Positions 55,539-64,000 of a stretch of 64,000 bases of DNA are shown piece after piece. Made by a program: the position numbers and the translations under genes. Numbering within the stretch: the first letter of the stretch is position 1; each line of letters starts with the position of its first letter. This stretch comes from the human T2T-CHM13v2.0 reference genome, Homo sapiens. Below the pieces are notes generated by a model, which saw only the letters and a list, made by a program, of their open reading frames with translations, ran no database searches and was not told the origin of the DNA. The DNA is taken from assembly GCF_009914755.1 (NCBI RefSeq), contig NC_060947.1. One strand, given 5' to 3'.

Positions 55539-58280
55539 TTCAATATTTGATATTCTGGAGGACAAGACAGGAACTGACTGACTGAATGACTGACTGAAAA
55601 TTTGTTAAGTCCTCACAATATAGGGAACTAACCAGATGACACAGACATCTGAAGGGCTGGATGGTAGGCAAGAACTTGAGAGACCTGAACAAAATAGTAG
55701 CTGAATGACAGTGTTTCCCAGAGGATAAACCCAGAGATTTAAAAGGATGAGGGGTTGGTGGTTTAAGGACTCATACTCTCTCTCAGGAGCTACATTTACT
55801 TTAAACTTCTCTGAGTTAGAGTGCCAGAGAGACCTCTGGAGTTGGCAGCTTCTTCTAGGCCAGGCAAAATCCTTATTACCATGAAAAAGAGTTCTGAAAT
55901 GCTTTCAAACTTGTAAGAGAGTTCCCTTTGAGCTCAGGTTTGGAAATTTGGCAACTAACATTAAATGCTAGTGAGCAAGTTAGAATATCTTAATAAAATA
56001 TACTTCACATTCAGAGTTGACCAAATCAAGAGGCAGGAGGTTCAGGGTCTTAGGTCCCTGCCATGATTTCAAACTTCCAAAAGAGCCAGTAGACCAGAAA
56101 GCCCTAAGTCCTCCCTACTACAGACCCTTCCCTCATATAAGGCCTTCTGTATGGGGCCCTTACTTCCTGCTACAACACATTCCAACATTTCTGTATGGTT
56201 TTCAAGACTTGCCCCAAACAATTCTTGCTGCCCTGGTTCTTAGGCTTGGCCTCATTACTCTACAGACCATGTTCTTCCTCCCACCCTCTTTATGTGCTTT
56301 CACTGCTAATTCTGGAATACCCTTCGCTCTGCATTTCACTTAGTAACATTATACTCATTTGTCAAGGTCTACCTCCTCCTTAAAGCCTTTCCTGATTATT
56401 AGAGACTTAGCTAATTTCCTTCCTTCTGAAGAGTAAATGCTATCTGGCCTGGGTAAGGGAGGCAGTGTGGTGGAGAATTTAAGATAGCAGTACAGGACTA
56501 GAAGAAGATTCAAGTTCTAGGCCTTCCAGTAATTAGAGTAAATGAGAGGCAGTTATCTAAGCTTCAAGCATTTGTTTGTTTTCTATTCTATTTCATCTTT
56601 ATTATTCATTGCTTGCCTGCTATATGTAAGTTGTTGATGAATCCTATCTAGATCTTGCCATTGAGGATCTTAGAGTCTAATAAATGATATATATATAAAT
56701 AATTAGAATAAAAATAGGAAAAATGGTTAAAAACCACGAGAGCATCATGGAAAGTTCCTTAAGAGGTCAGAGGAAGTTAAAATTAATCTCTCTGTAGAAA
56801 ATAGCATCTGAGCTTGGCCTCGGAGCATGAATGAAAATATGTAAGAATAAAATAATAAATAAGAAAGTGTTAGAAAAGTATAGAATGTGATACAAATGCA
56901 AGGGCTAGTATTTTAAATGGGGTGAAATGTAGGAGCTGTTTTAAGAAAAGATAAGGTAGGGAAAGGAGTGATTCCATCCCTCAATTCTAGGCAAAACCTG
57001 CCAAATACTTTATTTCAAAAGAAGCAATGAGTTCCCTTGATGGCAGGGCCACCATTTAATCTCTGTCATTTTCTGCTAGCACATTAAAGAGCCTACATTA
57101 CATTGTATATGAAGTTTTTAGGGCCACCTGGAGCAGAGGGCTCAGAAAAAGTCTCAGATAGGGCTCAATAAAGTCTGGCAGCAGAGGGTCAATTTGAGGA
57201 GAACCATTGACATGGCTCCAACGTAAAGGGTAAAAGAACATACCAGGTAGACAAATGAGCCAGCTCTAGCTTACATGCAGAATAAAGGCAGCTGCCTTAG
57301 GCCCCATTCATGAGTTTGGGGAGAGCTACAGCAGCTCTGGGGGTATAAAGCAGACAAAGAGGCTTACAGCAGCTAAAATGCTATTAACAAATACTCCATT
57401 ACCAAAGTTCCATCAGGAGGTTTATTGTCCATCTGTAAGATATGCCCACTTTCTCAAGCTGTTCTCCAGTCTACTTGGTGCCATTACCACCTGAGTTCAG
57501 GCAGTACAGGCTACCCTTGGCAAATGCTTTCAGTAGTTTTAGGTATGAGTATGTGCACCTCCTCAGGATGTTCCCCTCCACATCCTAGCATACAATGCCT
57601 GAGCTTCCTTTCTATAGTCATTTCCGTCATCCTTAGAGGGCAAATTTTTATAAAATGATTGGGCTAGGCTGGGCATCTAGTGCAGTATTTAGCTCAAAAT
57701 CGTATTTCAATAGTATTTAGGTTCACATAAATTCACTTCAATTCAATTCAGACTAAAATTCACTGTTGGTATTAGTTACCACGATTATAGTATAATTAAC
57801 CATAGTCTTTCATTGGGACTTGCTCAGGGTTTTCTAGGAAGCACCTGCCTATGCCTTCTGCAAAGGCTCAATTCTGCACTTTCCTTAAGAGGATCACATC
57901 CTTGCCAAAACTCCACAGTGCGTAGTGAAACAATTTGGCTTATGCAAAAATCCCAAGAAATATATAGCTATGATAAGAAAGTACAATGTGAAACTGATGA
58001 GGGACAGAATGGTAGTGGTGACGAAATTATCTCTAATCATAGAGAAAAATAAAATCCTCAGTGGGATTGTTTACAGCTTCCCCATTCATTGCCCTGGAGA
58101 GTTGTCTTAGATACTTCCATTCTTACTGCACTTAATCACACCCCAGAATAGCTCTAGCTCTCTTTACTCATATGTATAATAATCCCTCACATTTAATGTA
58201 CTGCTTTATACTGTGTGTATGTATATGCAATATTTTATATATATATATATATACACACATACAATAATTTAATACCTATC

Positions 58281-58851
58281 TGTGAAAGAAAGAGTTAACC
58301 CAGCAGTCTTGAGTTGCTCAAATCGTATACATTTTTAGAAGGGCCCACTTGTGTGACTGGTCCTTGGCCAGCTCCTGGGAACTGAGGTCTTAGAATGTTC
58401 TCTATTCTAGTAACTGGTAAGGGCATTGTGTATGCCCTTTCAACCATGCTGTAACAGCCTGTCTAGGTATCTTGTGCAAAAAATATGATTTATGGTGAAT
58501 GCATGCTTTCTTTCCAAGGGATATGGAGTTTCAGTCACTAGTTACCCCAATAAAAATCCTGGAGTTTCAGGCTCAAGTACGCTTCCCCGGCAGAAAACAC
58601 TTTGCATATGTTTCTGAACTTCATTGTTGGAGGATTAAGCACAACCTGTGTGACTCTATTGGGAGAAGACTCTTGGAAGCTTGCACCTGGTATCCTCCGG
58701 TCTCTGACTGATGTACGTTTTCCCATTATTGATCCTGCTTTCTGTCCTTTTGATATAATAAACTGTAGCCTGATTGTAACAATTTATGAGTCCTGTGAGT
58801 CCTTCTAGCAAATCAGTGAACCTGGGGATAGTATTGGGGGCCACCAGTACA
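58281..58851 (+). mobile_element. MER21/MER77-like solo LTR inserted into a MIR
   Basis: TGTGAAAGAAAGAGTTAAC start; ...gagtcctgtgagtccttctagcaaatcagtgaacctgggg...CA end. Confidence 0.7.
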
Positions 58852-60438
58852 TTGCTTTACAATGTCATTATGAGGATTACCACCTCCATTTTACATATAA
58901 AGAAACTGAGATCAAATGGCTTGAGCTGGAAGTAGAATTCAGTTCTTTCCAAATCCCATGTTCTTTCTACTATACTGAACTGCTCCCTATATAATCTTTT
59001 TTTGTGGTTAAGGGGTAGATAAAATGGTATCAGAGGTACCTTTTAGCTCTGACAGACATTAACTGTTTATGTCTAAAGTCCATATGAAAAAAAGGAGGAT
59101 GTAAAACTAAAAAAAAAATTTTTTTTCAAGTTATCTCCACTCATTCCCCCTTTGCATAGTTCACTTCTATCTTAGGGTGTCAAGGGCTCTACTGAAACTC
59201 TACAAGAATGCATAGGCAAGGAAAATTACACTTTAAAGAATGATTAGTTCTATTATGCATGCCTTCCCCCAGGCATTCTGCTTAGTCTCTGACAAATAAA
59301 AACTGTACACATGGATTTGAGAAAGATCCTGGTTGGGTTTGTTCAGTGGCATTATTAGGGTAAAGATGAAAGGCAAAGTTTATAGCCTTGTCTGACCTGG
59401 CCTTGCCAACATAACCTTGCTGTGCTCCAAACGCCTAAAGGGCTGGCTTTGTCACTCAACACTCTGCATTCATCTGTGTAGTCTGTCTGACTAAGCCATA
59501 TGTCCTGAGAATGGTGGAGGAAGAGACTGTGCTTAGATAAGGTAATAGACAAAACTTATGAAATAAATCTGCTTTCATGAAATTTGGTGTTTATGAAATA
59601 TATGTTTTATATTTTATAGAGAACACTAAAGCAAATGAATGAGTTAGTCTACAGCCTTGCTTTTATCCCCAACACTAAAATCTCATTCGGTGGGTTTTAA
59701 GGCCCTGGGATGAGCTATTTTTTGTCATGGTGGGCCAGATTTTCCACTGAGCGAGGGAAATGGGCAGGCACCTGCCAGTGTAGCAATCAATCTTATCCTT
59801 GGCAATGGCTTCCTAGAGGGTTTTTCTGCTCAGGGTTTGGAATCAGCAAGTCCAGTTGTACTATAATGTGTGGGAGTTTTCATAGATTTATATCACACAG
59901 AAAAGAAGACTGATTGTCTATGCAGAGAATGTTGGGTTGGTTGTACAGTGTAGTGTGGAGGGTGGGTATACAAGTTGTCTTTTCAAGAGCTGGAAAAAAC
60001 CCTTGATAAAGTGCTTAAAAAAGAGATAAACACACCAAGATTGGTTTTTATCATACATGGAAGGGAATATCTAAAGAGAAAGGAAGAAGAGGCAGATCAA
60101 TTACCTACAGAGATACTTTCTGGCACAGACTAGCACACAGCATATCACATTAATAAAACTGAGCTCTGCAAGAAAAAAGGTAGACCATTCTCCCTCATTA
60201 AAAAGTTCCAGTTTTAAGCAACTATTACTATTCTGAATCCAGCACATTCCCCCACACACAATCACCACACACCTAGCCAAATGAGCACATGACATTCCTA
60301 AACTAAGGACACTCTTTAACCTAGCCTCCACTTACAAACTCAAAAAGGCACATATTGACTAAATGATTCTGACAGGAGAAGGGGAAAATATGTAGAATTT
60401 AGAGGCCAAAGAGAAGTAGATAACTGAAAACAAGGTTG

Positions 60439-60505
60439 TACACACACACACACACACACACGTGAGCACATGTGCATGTGCGTGTGTGCACACACACACA
60501 CACAC
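60439..60505. repeat. Alternating purine-pyrimidine (CA)n/(TG)n tract
   Basis: Direct reading. Confidence 0.85.
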
Positions 60506-60601
60506 CCCTATCACTAGTCCCTCCCATGCCCTAAATTACATCAACTGTTTTCAGTTAGGCTAAGCCCCTTCCACTGGAGAAAAATAAAGATTGAAGCTAT
60601 G

Positions 60602-60938
<337 letters not shown>

Positions 60939-61999
60939 CTATGGGAATGACAGTGTCCCTTCTCTACTTGATCAATACCTTCTTTGGCTACTGTTAAGAT
61001 GCACTCTCCGTGACCAGTAATAATAAAGCAAGACCTACATAGCTAATTAGTTGTTACTTTTTGGTCTGGGTTTCAGTTTCCCCAATTGTAAAATGAAGGG
61101 TAGAAACTGGACCTCCCACCTCAGGTCATATCCTATGATTCCCTGACTCTATTACAAACCATTGCATGTGTCACATGACAGATGCCAAGGATGCCTTCAA
61201 GCCTTACTTCTTACATACAGGCCCACACATACACATGGGGCCTTTCTTTTTGACTCTGACAGGCAGGGGAGCCCAGAGGGTTGAGACTTTCTAAATGCAG
61301 ATAAATAAGCTGAAAAGATTACAATGAGTAGATTCTGTTTTCCCCAGCTTACCTCTTTGGGCGAGAGAGCTGTGCTGAGATGCAAGGGCAAGGTTGAAAA
61401 AAACCTGACAACAGTTATGGTGACAATGTTTTGATGATTATTGGTTTCTGCACTGCTGGGAAGAGAGAGTACACTCCTCAAACCTTGAAAGTACACTCCT
61501 CAAACCTTCCTTTAAGCTTTGAACCAGAGCAACTGCAGATGATTTCTAGGGTAAAGGTAAAGCCACCTCTATAACTGAGGTTTGCTGTCCCCTGGTACAT
61601 ACCAAAGGATCTGGATCCAGAGCACCAGAGTCAATCATGAGTACCAGTTGGAACCCAAAATAGTAACATCTACTGAATGTGCCAGTATTTACTTGGTAAA
61701 TTGAAATAATGTGGATTTTATGAGGGTGAGGAATTACCCTATAAAATCGTTCAATCTGGAATCAAGTATTTTCTGTAACTGCTACACCAAAAATTAAACA
61801 AGTAGATAATAATAAATTACCCACCCACTAAGTTCTGAGGAAAATACTGCATCACTTCAGAGACTAAATATCTACCTCTCCTGATCAAGGTAAACAGATT
61901 GTATTTTTAAGTCAGATTTATTAATGTATGATGCCACCTAATATCAATAGTATTTCATATTCTATTTGGTTTGATCATTAATAATCATTCATATTTGTA

Positions 62000-62190
62000 T
62001 GATGTTAAACTTATAAAGTCCTTCAATATATTTCACATTATGTATCTTAGGTTGATCTCTGACAACAGCCCTGTGAGCATGAATGGGCAGGTATTATCCT
62101 TATTTTAAAGATGATGAATATGAGGCCAAGAGAGTTGGGACAATAGATGGCTGGCATTAGAACCCAGGAATCAAGGTTCTATGCTTCCTT
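62000..62190 (-). mobile_element. MIR
   Basis: acaacagccctgtgag...ggcaggtattatcctattttaaagatgatgaatatgaggccaagagagtt. Confidence 0.6.
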
Positions 62191-62576
62191 TACTTTGCAA
62201 TGAGGTCAGCAAGGGGCACAAACATGACATGATGTTGCTTACCCCATTTCAGGTCAAAACTCATTATCTAACCTAAAGTTTACCATTACACAAATTTAGC
62301 TGTTGGGATACTTGCCAACATGAAACCCAAGCCTAACTTCCTGAAGCAGTATAAAGGTACATGCCAGGAGTCATAAATCAGGTATTTTATTTCCTGAGTG
62401 TGGCTAGAATATCCCTTTGCCAAGAAAAGGGAAGGGGGTAGAGTGATATAATTTTCAGTCTCCCACAATCTCCCAGACTTCCAGCTCAGAGTGCCAGCAA
62501 GTACCCCGCCATCTAATGGTCATTTGCAGAAACTTCATCTTCCAGGTAGGAGAAGAAGACATCCCATTGATATTCT

Positions 62577-64000
<1,424 letters not shown>

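Overview
Primate (almost certainly human, Xq13) genomic DNA containing the 3' part of the neurodevelopmental gene NEXMIF (KIAA2022) on the minus strand. All three coding exons are present: 19187-19312, the 4,378-bp 13707-18084, and the last exon starting at 13105. Spliced, they give a 4,551-nt CDS (1,516 aa) followed by a ~6 kb 3'UTR. Positions 19313-64000 are part of the large upstream intron; the first exon and promoter lie outside the window. The intron is filled with Alu, L1, L2, MIR, hAT and LTR repeats. There is no prokaryotic-type system here. The most notable non-obvious signals are: (1) a TSD-flanked, polyadenylated retrocopy of LRRC28 that runs through its first coding exon's donor site into ~1.15 kb of apparent intron, i.e. 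a fossil of an intronically polyadenylated isoform; (2) a 204-bp locally templated insertion with junctional filler inside an Alu inside an LTR; (3) an in-frame 3-codon uORF ending 12 nt before the NEXMIF ATG; (4) a younger L1 nested in a full-length old L1; (5) a perfect 88-bp tandem duplication inside an Alu and a higher-order minisatellite. Gene and repeat names come from recall of known sequences, not from database searches.
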